From positions 536 to 64,535 of the forward strand of contig JAGXGG010000042.1 in assembly GCA_024636855.1 (NCBI GenBank): a stretch of DNA of 64,000 nt, written 5' to 3'. A program made the translations under genes and the position numbers. The notes below the pieces were generated by a model. The model searched no databases. It saw only the letters and a list, made by a program, of their open reading frames with translations, and was not told the origin of the DNA. The DNA is from Ignavibacteriota bacterium (lineage in GTDB: Bacteria; Bacteroidota; Ignavibacteria; Kapaibacteriales; UBA2268). Below are positions 48,025 to 56,974 of the stretch, piece after piece. Within the stretch, counting starts at the first letter, position 1; every line of letters starts with the position of its first letter.

Positions 48025-48947
48025 GGTAACAGACTATCTTCGAATGTTTCTTCGGTCTGATGATCACGATCCCATTTATTGTCGTAGATATATTTGCCAA
48101 GTTCAGCACTTAGTAAGATAATAAGTGATGAATAATATATCCATACAGCAATAGATACAATTACTGCATAAGTACCGTAGAATTTACCATAATCTGTTAC
48201 GGATGATATATACCAAGCAAATACATGCCGAGATATTTCTATCATAACAACGGTTAAACTAGTTGCAAAGACTCTTGGCTTCCGTGGTATTCTCTCATTC
48301 GGCACCCATCTGAAAATAAAATATATAAGTAGAAATGAGGTTAGTAATGAGAAAAACATTAAGAATATATTGCTCACGAAACTAGTAAACATTTCAGGTA
48401 ATAGATGAGTAATCGAATCTATAAAAAATGTCACTATGGGGACTGCATATGAATAGATGAGTATCAAAACAGTTAGCACTAGAGTCAAAAGCATATCTTT
48501 AAACCTATATAATATAAAGACATGTGGGCTTTTCAAACTGTAAATCTCATTAAGTGCACTTCTGAAAGTACTTATAAGTATAGATGATAACCAAAGTAAG
48601 GAAATACCACCAATAATACCAAATACAGATGAATAATCAACTAGTATTTCAACTTCTTTGGATATAGTTTCTAGCAGTACATACGTATCTTGTGTGGGAG
48701 GTAGAAAATCAAAAAGCAAACCACTAAACACCTCTACAATACCTTCCGAACCTAAAAAGATTCGAATAGTCAAGACAAGAATTAAGAAAACCGGTAATAA
48801 GTAAAGAAGAATATTAAAAGCTATTCCAGAAGCCATCATAAAAGTTTGATGTCTATCTAATCGCTCTTCGAATAGCTCTAGCCACCTATATACTCTTTTG
48901 AATGTACCTTTGGGGTCTTTTATTACTTCTTTTATCTTATTTAGCAT
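48021..48947 (-). CDS. YihY/BrkB-family membrane protein
   Basis: 308 aa with six hydrophobic helices. The N-terminal FMMASGIAFNILLYLLPVFL and the C-terminal YGTYAVIVSIAVWIYYSSLIILLSAELG are typical of the family. Confidence 0.8.
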   Translation of the reverse strand: MLNKIKEVIKDPKGTFKRVYRWLELFEERLDRHQTFMMASGIAFNILLYLLPVFLILVLTIRIFLGSEGIVEVFSGLLFDFLPPTQDTYVLLETISKEVEILVDYSSVFGIIGGISLLWLSSILISTFRSALNEIYSLKSPHVFILYRFKDMLLTLVLTVLILIYSYAVPIVTFFIDSITHLLPEMFTSFVSNIFLMFFSLLTSFLLIYFIFRWVPNERIPRKPRVFATSLTVVMIEISRHVFAWYISSVTDYGKFYGTYAVIVSIAVWIYYSSLIILLSAELGKYIYDNKWDRDHQTEETFEDSLLP

Positions 48948-49026
48948 ATAACTTGTATTGTTTTGTACTTATATATGTATTCTAAAGTACAAATGAAGAT
49001 ATTATTTTTTATTATCATTGGAATTA

Positions 49027-49797
49027 TTAGAACCCATGATTAATAAGTATCTCTTTTCTTCCTTCGAATACACCGGCAAGTTCGTTCGGGTCCTGTTGGA
49101 TTGAGTAAATACCGATTCCTTCTATGAAAGCATAGTACATATCAGACTTTCGTTTTTCATCCATATTCGTGGTAGGTGAATCAACCTTAGCTGCCAAATC
49201 AAAAGTTAATTTGACCAAATCAGCACTATAGTTAGCCCCCTTATAAGTGACATCTATTTTGCCTTCTCTCTGACCAGAAATCAATATTTTCCCAGCAATA
49301 GTATCCATTTCTACAATTGTATTTAACTCTACGAAAAATGATTCCCAACTATCTTTTTCAAAATCCAATACTTTTATCCAGCCTGGTATCAGTATTGGAA
49401 TATTAGTAGTAGTGCTAGGGTCGGTAATATAATTATTAAGGTTTATCTCATCCAGATAAAGAAAAATCCCATCAAAGTCTGCACTTATATGTGTGAATAT
49501 ATCGGTATCTGTCTTAGAATCATTCAGTAGGGGGTATGCATCTCTATCATCCAATTCTATTGCTTCACCTAAGTATATAGTCTTGGAACCTATAACTTCA
49601 TCTGTAAACTCACCTTGAGCATCCAAACTATAACTATCATAGTCCCAATATAAACCTTGCTTTAATTCTAAATAAGTAAAATCTTCAGATGTAAAAGTAG
49701 ATTTTTCACAGCTACTAATAGTCATTAACAAAGCGAGTGAAGTTAGTAATATCAATACTTTATGTGATTTCATTTTTGTATTCCAATTTGTTTGCAA
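49027..49797 (-). CDS. Lipoprotein, tandem paralogue family member L1 (B-type)
   Basis: The likely start is MKSHKVL (49773). Lipobox MTISSC. Shared family motifs: W.YD near the N-terminus, YKG..Y, GIGIYS, and KEILINH at the C-terminus. Confidence 0.7.
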   Translation of the reverse strand: MQTNWNTKMKSHKVLILLTSLALLMTISSCEKSTFTSEDFTYLELKQGLYWDYDSYSLDAQGEFTDEVIGSKTIYLGEAIELDDRDAYPLLNDSKTDTDIFTHISADFDGIFLYLDEINLNNYITDPSTTTNIPILIPGWIKVLDFEKDSWESFFVELNTIVEMDTIAGKILISGQREGKIDVTYKGANYSADLVKLTFDLAAKVDSPTTNMDEKRKSDMYYAFIEGIGIYSIQQDPNELAGVFEGRKEILINHGF

Positions 49798-49816
49798 TTA
49801 TTTGTTTCTAATATAG

Positions 49817-49844
49817 AAAAAGTCCAGCTAATACTGGACTTTTA
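49817..49844 (-). terminator. Intrinsic terminator after lipoprotein gene L2
   Basis: The stem GTCCAG (49822-49827) pairs with CTGGAC (49834-49839) and is extended by A/T pairs. T-runs lie on both strands. The stem is nearly identical to the hairpin at 51447-51464. Confidence 0.7.
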
Positions 49845-49881
49845 TTTTAGATTTATTTTAAATTTATTTTAAATTAAAAAC

Positions 49882-50616
49882 TCACTTTAAGTAGTGGTCA
49901 ACTAGTATTTCTTTTCTTTTGAAATGTCTTTCATTAGGAGTTTTATCCATCCTAGTGTAAGAATAAATACCAAGACCTGGTACAAACTGGTATTCTACTG
50001 TGTCTGTTTTCATTGTTCTAAAAATTGTAGTGTCGTTAGTATTGATCATTTTAGTTACTACATCTTCATCAAATATATTCAATATATTCATCGTGCTATA
50101 ATTTACACCTTTATATTCTATAATTTCAGAGCCAACATTCTCGCCAATCTTTTTTGTGTATCCTGAATTTTCTATATCTCTTTCTTTTAGATTCTGATCC
50201 AAGTAAAACATTTCCCAGTTAGTATTATTATAATCAATCGCAACTGACCAATAGTCCATTTCTATTTGTTCAAAATCTTTATAAAAAAAAGGCTGAAGGA
50301 AATATACACCGTCATTAGCAACATCTACAGTTAATCCATATCCACCTGGCTTTCTTCCATCTGCACTTAATATGTAAGCATATCTACCTTCTACTGAATC
50401 TCTCTTATCAACAGTAATAGTAAAAGTATTTAGAATCGAGCCGACTATTTCACCATTCTTATCTACTTCATATACGTCATATTTCCACCAATTACCTATG
50501 CTCAATGGCATTTTCGACTCTTCTACTATGGTGGGTGAAGTTGTCTTATCTGCAGAACAAGAGGAAATCAGGGCGACTGATATTAATAGAATCAAAATTC
50601 GAGTTATGTTTTTCAT
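49882..50616 (-). CDS. Lipoprotein, tandem paralogue family member L2 (A-type)
   Basis: Lipobox ALISSC. Motifs MPLSIGNWWKYDVYEVDKNGEIVGS, EYKGVNYS, FVPGLGIYSYT and KEILVDHYLK. SD AAGGGT. Confidence 0.7.
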   Translation of the reverse strand: MKNITRILILLISVALISSCSADKTTSPTIVEESKMPLSIGNWWKYDVYEVDKNGEIVGSILNTFTITVDKRDSVEGRYAYILSADGRKPGGYGLTVDVANDGVYFLQPFFYKDFEQIEMDYWSVAIDYNNTNWEMFYLDQNLKERDIENSGYTKKIGENVGSEIIEYKGVNYSTMNILNIFDEDVVTKMINTNDTTIFRTMKTDTVEYQFVPGLGIYSYTRMDKTPNERHFKRKEILVDHYLK

Positions 50617-50673
50617 AGGTTTTTACCCTTATTACTAAGCTACTATCTCACTAATATAAAAAAAAGCTATAAA

Positions 50674-51399
50674 TTAATCTGTCTTATTATCTTTTAATAT
50701 AGTAAAAACATTGTATTTAGAACCCTCAGTTAGGTCACGCGAACTATATATACCAATGTTTTTAATTATAATAATTTCAGTTTTAGTTATTCTATCAAAT
50801 TCAGTGGTTACTTCATTGTTAATTGTATATCTATGTTTATTCTTTGAAGTTATTTGGCATTTCAATGCTTTATATGATTTGCCTTTGTAATCTACATACA
50901 ATTCTTCTATTCTTTTACCAGATTTGTCGACTTCTATTTCTATTCTTTCACCACTTGACTCTAAGAGAGTGTCTATTTCAAAATGTAGAGTATTCCAACT
51001 TTCTTCAGTAAATGAAATTTCCTTTACCCAAACATCTGTAGACAATGTTGCATCCAATTTGGGGTGATATCTTGTGCTATCATAAAAATAGTATAACCCA
51101 TCTCTTTCAGTTCTACCGTATTCAATTCTTGAAGGAGTAATTTCTTCCTCTGCATTCCCCGCATAGAATTTATATGCAATATAGCCAGCCTTTTCTATTC
51201 CTTCAAATACTTTATAAATAACATTAATAGTATCAAAGTTACCTATTTCTCTATAAGTTAAAATTTGATCATAGTACCACTCATTCCCCTCTTTGAACTC
51301 ATAATAATATGAATTATCATCGGGGTTTGTAGCACTGTCATCACTGCATGAGCCAACGATAATAGCAAGTACTACAATTATTAATAAAGATTTTCTCAT
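50674..51399 (-). CDS. Lipoprotein, tandem paralogue family member L3 (B-type, most divergent)
   Basis: Lipobox IVGSCSDD. Motifs YYYEFKEGNEWYYDQ, DYKGKSYKAL and IKNIGIYSS. SD GAGGGG. Confidence 0.7.
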   Translation of the reverse strand: MRKSLLIIVVLAIIVGSCSDDSATNPDDNSYYYEFKEGNEWYYDQILTYREIGNFDTINVIYKVFEGIEKAGYIAYKFYAGNAEEEITPSRIEYGRTERDGLYYFYDSTRYHPKLDATLSTDVWVKEISFTEESWNTLHFEIDTLLESSGERIEIEVDKSGKRIEELYVDYKGKSYKALKCQITSKNKHRYTINNEVTTEFDRITKTEIIIIKNIGIYSSRDLTEGSKYNVFTILKDNKTD

Positions 51400-51440
51400 T
51401 TTCCCCTCTTAATTGTTGAATCAATATCTGTCAATATACT

Positions 51441-51469
51441 AAAAATGTCCAGCTATTGCTGGACTTTTT
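51441..51469 (-). terminator. Intrinsic terminator after lipoprotein gene L4
   Basis: The stem GTCCAGC (51447-51453) pairs with GCTGGAC (51458-51464) around a 4-nt loop. A U-run follows on the minus strand. Confidence 0.7.
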
Positions 51470-51495
51470 ATTCTTAAATTCTGATTAAATGAAAT

Positions 51496-52233
51496 TTACT
51501 TTAGGTTATGATTAACTAAAATATCTTTATTTGTAGTTTTAATTACTTCTCCACCCGAAAAATTATACTCTAGGTTTGTAGAAGAATAAACTCCTAACCC
51601 TGGGATGAAGCTTATTTGAGTTGTATCGCTTTCAAACTGAGTATCAGTTACTAATTCATCATTCTCATCTAGGTACGTATTAACAAGATCAGAGTATATT
51701 ATATTTAGGTAATTCTGTACATCATAAGATTTGCCCTTGTAAGTTACTTTCGACGAAGTAATTCGCTCTCCTTTCATACCAGCAACACCTTTTGATGAGG
51801 TACCTTCTTCTTCATCTTCTTCATCTATATTAACTTTAAATATATCCCATTTAGTATTCTTGAAATCAATTGTTTTTATCCAAATACTAAGGTCACCAAT
51901 TTCTTCTGGCTCATTATACCCATATATCCCATTTTCATCAGTATATATATACGTAGTATCCAATGATTCTCCCGAATCATCAGTAAGTAAAAACGCCTCT
52001 TTACCTGCTATTGTTCCTTTACCAATTATTGAAAGACTATAATTATCTAATGCTGAACCAGTCGTATTTCCGTTTGCATCAGTATTATAAGTTTCATATT
52101 CCCATGTATTACCAACTGCTAGTGGCATACCAGTCCCATTATCTGTGCTGGGAGTAGTAGTAGTGTCATCTGAGCAACTACTTAAAAATGCAACCATAAA
52201 AACTGCCGTAATAAATAGAACTAATTTTTTCAT
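51496..52233 (-). CDS. Lipoprotein, tandem paralogue family member L4 (A-type)
   Basis: Lipobox AFLSSCSDD. Motifs MPLAVGNTWEYETYNTDANGNTTGS, TYKGKSYD, FIPGLGVYSST and KDILVNHNLK. SD AGGAG. Confidence 0.7.
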   Translation of the reverse strand: MKKLVLFITAVFMVAFLSSCSDDTTTTPSTDNGTGMPLAVGNTWEYETYNTDANGNTTGSALDNYSLSIIGKGTIAGKEAFLLTDDSGESLDTTYIYTDENGIYGYNEPEEIGDLSIWIKTIDFKNTKWDIFKVNIDEEDEEEGTSSKGVAGMKGERITSSKVTYKGKSYDVQNYLNIIYSDLVNTYLDENDELVTDTQFESDTTQISFIPGLGVYSSTNLEYNFSGGEVIKTTNKDILVNHNLK

Positions 52234-52361
52234 AAAAACTCCTAAATAATTATTAAATAATATTTGCTATCAAAACGTTGAAAAAATAAGCAAAAAGTAA
52301 TAAAAAATAAGAATTTATTTTCAATAAATATAAAGTTCAAGCAAATTAGTGATTTATATTA

Positions 52362-52706
52362 TTACGAAATTTCGTTAGTCTTTTTTTTTGGCCTTTTCCA
52401 AAACAAAAATCGAGTAAGCATTGTTTTTAAAAAGTTCTTGAAGAATTTATGTTGACCAAATATTGTCCCTACTGTTAGTAGTATTACTTGGTAAGCTGGG
52501 AGTACAGTTACTATATATACGACTGCACGAAGCCAAAATGGGTCTTCTTTTGTTAGGTGTAGTATTTCAAATACAAATCGGCTAACGTAAACAGAAAGCA
52601 TCCCAGTTATTGCAAAAACAAGAAATATAATTGCTACTTGATACGGTGATGTTACTCCCCATCGCTTCTTTAAAAAGACTATTATTTTTTCTATTTTATT
52701 CTTCAT
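52362..52706 (-). CDS. Small integral membrane protein (2-3 TM helices), last gene of the haem operon
   Basis: 114 aa with hydrophobic helices VAIIFLVFAITGMLSVYV and AVVYIVTVLPAYQVILLTVGTIF. Its ATG shares one nt with the ChuS/HemS stop (TAATG). Confidence 0.55.
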   Translation of the reverse strand: MKNKIEKIIVFLKKRWGVTSPYQVAIIFLVFAITGMLSVYVSRFVFEILHLTKEDPFWLRAVVYIVTVLPAYQVILLTVGTIFGQHKFFKNFLKTMLTRFLFWKRPKKKTNEIS

Positions 52707-53749
52707 TATTTTGCTATTTCTAATTCAGCTATTATTGCTTGCCACTCCGGTAACTCTGGTATTCCAGGCTTTCTTTTGCCGAAGAAAGTGATTGCTAGTT
52801 CGCCTTCCATATCATAAAGTTCGAGTGACGTAACTATACCATCATTTGTTGGTTTGAATAGCACATAAGATTCAGCTATCAAATCATTACGTAAGTGCAT
52901 ATTGAAATCCTCGTCCATAATATTAGTCCAATTTTCTATGAGACGTATGTTACTTATTACGCCAGTATGTATTTGAACTATATCATCATTTGCTACGAAT
53001 ACCATTATAGGTACTTGCCTATCAACAGCACTATGAAGTATATCAATCACTGCATCATTGTAAACTCTGTAAGCCAGATTATCAGGTGCTCTCTTTACTA
53101 GCTCTATTCTTTTAATCTTCTGTGTGTCTAGTATTGCCTGGAAGTTATGAGTGTCTTCTAGTTTCTCCCACTCGCCAATTGCTTTATCGAAATCAATATC
53201 TTCTATTTCATTGTAAACTTTTGGCTTTTCACCTTTCTCAACTACTGGTATAGTAGTATCATCTGATTTGAATGTCTCAATCAACTTTTGATATTCTTCT
53301 TCATTACTTTCATCCGTTAGATAGACTTTCTGAGCGGGTTTGCCATATTTGTTGAAGAACTGAATAGAGCGTAACATCTTTCCATTATGTTCTTTTTCTA
53401 CATTATATACATATTTCCAATCATCGAAAAATATTCTTAGGTCTATGTCCTCACCTAGTACTAGTCCCATAGTTCCTTGAACTTGCACTTTGCCGATTGT
53501 ACCTTTGCGTTCGTGAACGGCATTTTCATTTCTAGCTAACACCATAACTCTACCCAATTTGGGTAGCACTTTGTAAATTTCAATTGGGTTTTCTTGTAAC
53601 TTGACACATGGGTCATGCAGGTTAGATGCTAATAGTTCCAACTCACTAATGCCTAGCAAATCAGCATATTCCTTGATTCTTAATTTAGGATTTCTTTGTA
53701 TCACCTCATCATATCTTTCTCTCAATTTGAGAGTATTAGCCGTTGGCAT
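52706..53749 (-). CDS. hemS: ChuS/HemS/PhuS-family haem-binding/degrading protein
   Basis: 347 aa. RNENAVHERKGTI, DLRIFFDDWKYVYNV and RSIQFFNKYGKPAQKVY align with my recollection of E. coli ChuS (RNEYAVHEQVGTF, DLRLFLNQWASVFHI, QSIQFFDHQGDALLKVY). SD AAGGTG. Confidence 0.85.
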   Translation of the reverse strand: MPTANTLKLRERYDEVIQRNPKLRIKEYADLLGISELELLASNLHDPCVKLQENPIEIYKVLPKLGRVMVLARNENAVHERKGTIGKVQVQGTMGLVLGEDIDLRIFFDDWKYVYNVEKEHNGKMLRSIQFFNKYGKPAQKVYLTDESNEEEYQKLIETFKSDDTTIPVVEKGEKPKVYNEIEDIDFDKAIGEWEKLEDTHNFQAILDTQKIKRIELVKRAPDNLAYRVYNDAVIDILHSAVDRQVPIMVFVANDDIVQIHTGVISNIRLIENWTNIMDEDFNMHLRNDLIAESYVLFKPTNDGIVTSLELYDMEGELAITFFGKRKPGIPELPEWQAIIAELEIAK

Positions 53750-53774
53750 AGCACACCTTTTTTAATCTTTTATT

Positions 53775-54776
53775 CTATAATAACTTAAACTCAAATTCTG
53801 GGAAGCCTTTCACAGCTTTACCATCTATTATTTTCTGAAAGCCAACGAATCTCATTTTGTAGATGAATCCTTCAGTGTCTTTTATCAAATATTTCTTAAA
53901 TGGATTAACAGTATAGACGCCAGTATTAATATCTACTTGTTTCCAATCCCATCCAATTTCATTTCTAACTTTTGTGAATTTGGTCATCTGAGCAATCTCT
54001 GTAGTCAAATCATTGAAATCCATCACACTATCTGCTTCAGCAACCATACACATCCTATCGTTAAGTAAAGCACCATTAACAGGGTATATTTCGAACCCAG
54101 GGACATCAAAAAACTCAGTGTATTTAGTAAACAAGATATCCCATTTGTTAGCAGGTGGTTCAAGGTTGTTTACTTCCCCGCCATTTTCGAACGACATTGT
54201 TATATAATTATATCCATCGATTCTTGGTATATATAGTGTATCAATTACATTTGATTTTAGTTCTGAAAACTTAATTGTAAATCCATTTTCATCAGCTCCT
54301 AATATCATCATCTTCCATATCCCGCCTTTAGAACGATCATGACTTCGACCTCTGTCTATTACGTACACGTGATTTTTAGATTGAATACTGCCTTCTTTTA
54401 CTTCCCACCACTTACCGATAGCGGAGGAATCCATATTGCCATTAGGTAGGTCTCGTTTGTATTGATCCTTTTCTAATTCCGTTGTTACAGTTTCAAAATC
54501 TACAATTCCTAAATCTTGGATAGCCATATCACGAGCCGCATTTATCCTAATATAATAATCATCGTAAGCCTGGAAACCCAAATCCCACAAGCCGAATAGA
54601 TTAGTCTTCACTACTGAGTTAGTTGATAAATCAAAGTATATCTGATTCTCATAAACATCAAAATCTACCTGATTGGAGGTGATATCGCCTCTATCAAATG
54701 GATTAACCGCCGTGTCTTCTTTGAAGCAAGAATTAAGTAAAAGAAGTAGGGGTAATATGTAAATTAACTTTTTCAT
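53775..54776 (-). CDS. hmuY: HmuY-family lipoprotein (putative haem-binding hemophore-like protein)
   Basis: Lipobox LLLLNSC. The W-D-L/W-D-I motifs (LFGLWDLGFQ, NKWDILFTKY) and the position directly after a TonB-dependent receptor (TAATG coupling) are typical of HmuY-family genes. Confidence 0.65.
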   Translation of the reverse strand: MKKLIYILPLLLLLNSCFKEDTAVNPFDRGDITSNQVDFDVYENQIYFDLSTNSVVKTNLFGLWDLGFQAYDDYYIRINAARDMAIQDLGIVDFETVTTELEKDQYKRDLPNGNMDSSAIGKWWEVKEGSIQSKNHVYVIDRGRSHDRSKGGIWKMMILGADENGFTIKFSELKSNVIDTLYIPRIDGYNYITMSFENGGEVNNLEPPANKWDILFTKYTEFFDVPGFEIYPVNGALLNDRMCMVAEADSVMDFNDLTTEIAQMTKFTKVRNEIGWDWKQVDINTGVYTVNPFKKYLIKDTEGFIYKMRFVGFQKIIDGKAVKGFPEFEFKLL

Positions 54777-56974
54777 TATGGTATATTGAACTCCACTTTA
54801 GCAAAAAATGCTCTTCCGTAACCAACTGGAAGAGATGAACTATTGCCCGAATGAGCAGCACCGTTTGTAACTTGATTACTATTAACAGTAGTTACATCGA
54901 ACATATTAATTATTCCAACTGAGAAAGTTGTATTTAACTCCTCAAATTTTCTAAGTACTGTGAAATCTAAATTACTGTAAGAATTGATAATGAAATTTTC
55001 TATTTCATCTTGGTCATTTAGTACAAATCCTGGTGATTCACCTGTGAACTTATAGAAAAGAGAGAATTTCAAATCAAATATATTAGATTCCCATGATGAG
55101 TTGACCGTTACTTCTGGAGTATATTGTACTCCGTTCGACTGACCATCAATGAAATTTTCAGTACCTAGGTAATTGAAACCAAATTTATTATAGAACTCTT
55201 CATATATATATTTGAGTGTGATATTAGTACCCAAAGTTCTATGCTGCCCTATGTTGATATAAGTAAATAGATTACTATTCAAATTAGCAAGTGAAATCTT
55301 ATTTACTATTTCATTATAGTAGAAGTTTGGTTCTAATTTTAGCACTCGCTTTTCGTTCACAAGTGTATATGTTAGACCTAAGTTGAATGCATCTGAACTT
55401 TCTGCACCCAAATCAGCATTACCTCTGATATTATGACTGGCATCTACAAAGAAAAAGTATAGTTCTTTCAATGACGGTGCTCTGAACCCTTTTGCATAAG
55501 ATGCTCTTATGGTCAAGTCGTCTGTTAACACAGACATAATATTAAGAGCAGGAACTAATGGCGCTTTATATTTAGTATTGTATATATATCTAACAGCAGG
55601 TTGTACGGTCAGGAAATCACCGAATATATATTTAGTGCTTATATATGCTGCATAATCATTGATTATTGGTGCTCCTTCTATACGGCCGCCTTCTCCATTA
55701 TCTAGATTGAAATCAATACCAACACTATAACCAAGATTATCGTTCAGAAATTCATCATAAAATGCAGCACGTATGTTAGTGGAATTGAATCTAGTAGTGT
55801 CTTGCTCAGCATCATCACCCGTTAGTATTTCTTCTAGCGTAACTAGGTCTTTATAAAATGTATTTCTTGATCTTTGATAATTAGAGTAGGAAAGTGAAAA
55901 GTTGAAATTTTTGTTGTTCTCTAATTGTTTAGATATAAAGATAGCATTATTCAATCTATCAGTTTTATATTTGTTATCATAGGCGCCCTCATAGTATGGG
56001 GCAATAAGTAATCCTTTTGATATAAGTAACTCTTCGAAATAGCCCCCTTTGTATCGGACGTCAAATCCGAGAAGCACAGTTTTAGCATCTATATCGGCGA
56101 AATATTGTTCTTTCGGTTTCCAAAGTTGAGTTCTGGAACCTTCGATAGGAGAGTATCCACCGAAGAAATGACGACCAATATTCAAGTTCACATAGCTATC
56201 ATAAAAACTGCTATTAAGCCCAACATCGAAATTATATCTACCAACGGACTCATAAGTTCCCAATCCTCTAGCGCTAATATTATCACTTGATTCCTTCTTT
56301 GAGATTAGATTTATAACACCACCTAGAGCATCAGTACCATATATAGTGGACATTGGGCCTTTTACTATTTCTACTCTATCTATATTAGTCAAACTAAGCT
56401 GACTTATATCTATGTTTCCATTAGTACGACCGATTATAGGAATACCATCTACGAGTATTTTTACATTCTCGCCACCAAGGCCGTTAATAGAGATATTACT
56501 CCCTAATTGAGCGTCTTGGTTTATATTAATAGCGCCTTCTTGCATAAGTAAATCTCGGAGATTGTTAGCTCCTTTGCTTACTATGAAATCACGATCCAAT
56601 ACATCGACTTTGATAATAGAGTTAGTAGATAAGGTAGGTGAATACTGTCCCGTAGTTACTATTTCAGAGTAAAGTATTGAAACTTGGTTAAGTAAAATCT
56701 GATTGCGTCTAGTTTTATATACTACTATTTCATTCGATTCATATCCTAAGTAGGATACTCTAGCAATAGCTGAATCATAAGGTACACGAACTGAGCCATA
56801 GCTATCGGTTTTACGGAAATTTGAATCGACTTTGGACGGTTCTAGATTAACAAACTGAACGGAAGCCGATATAAGCGGTTCATTAGTGTTAATATCATAA
56901 ACTTTTAAAGTACCTTCGGCTAGTAGTGAACTACCAGCCAATAGGAATATTATTAGTGCCTTAAGGTTGTTCAA
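54776..56974 (-). CDS. TonB-dependent receptor, haem/haemoprotein-type
   Basis: Signal peptide, a carboxypeptidase-regulatory-like N-domain, and the plug motif IVKGPMSTIYGTDALGGVINLISK. The barrel segment GFRAPSLKELYFFFVDASHNIRGNADL fits the FRAP...H...NPNL-type haem-receptor signature. Confidence 0.85.
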   Translation of the reverse strand: MNNLKALIIFLLAGSSLLAEGTLKVYDINTNEPLISASVQFVNLEPSKVDSNFRKTDSYGSVRVPYDSAIARVSYLGYESNEIVVYKTRRNQILLNQVSILYSEIVTTGQYSPTLSTNSIIKVDVLDRDFIVSKGANNLRDLLMQEGAININQDAQLGSNISINGLGGENVKILVDGIPIIGRTNGNIDISQLSLTNIDRVEIVKGPMSTIYGTDALGGVINLISKKESSDNISARGLGTYESVGRYNFDVGLNSSFYDSYVNLNIGRHFFGGYSPIEGSRTQLWKPKEQYFADIDAKTVLLGFDVRYKGGYFEELLISKGLLIAPYYEGAYDNKYKTDRLNNAIFISKQLENNKNFNFSLSYSNYQRSRNTFYKDLVTLEEILTGDDAEQDTTRFNSTNIRAAFYDEFLNDNLGYSVGIDFNLDNGEGGRIEGAPIINDYAAYISTKYIFGDFLTVQPAVRYIYNTKYKAPLVPALNIMSVLTDDLTIRASYAKGFRAPSLKELYFFFVDASHNIRGNADLGAESSDAFNLGLTYTLVNEKRVLKLEPNFYYNEIVNKISLANLNSNLFTYINIGQHRTLGTNITLKYIYEEFYNKFGFNYLGTENFIDGQSNGVQYTPEVTVNSSWESNIFDLKFSLFYKFTGESPGFVLNDQDEIENFIINSYSNLDFTVLRKFEELNTTFSVGIINMFDVTTVNSNQVTNGAAHSGNSSSLPVGYGRAFFAKVEFNIP

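Noticed and set aside
49851-49875. Tandem 11-bp repeat ATTTATTTTAA x2.2 between lipoprotein genes L1 and L2.
   Set aside because: It is very short, AT-only and in a promoter/terminator spacer. It is most likely slippage-prone low-complexity sequence without specific function.
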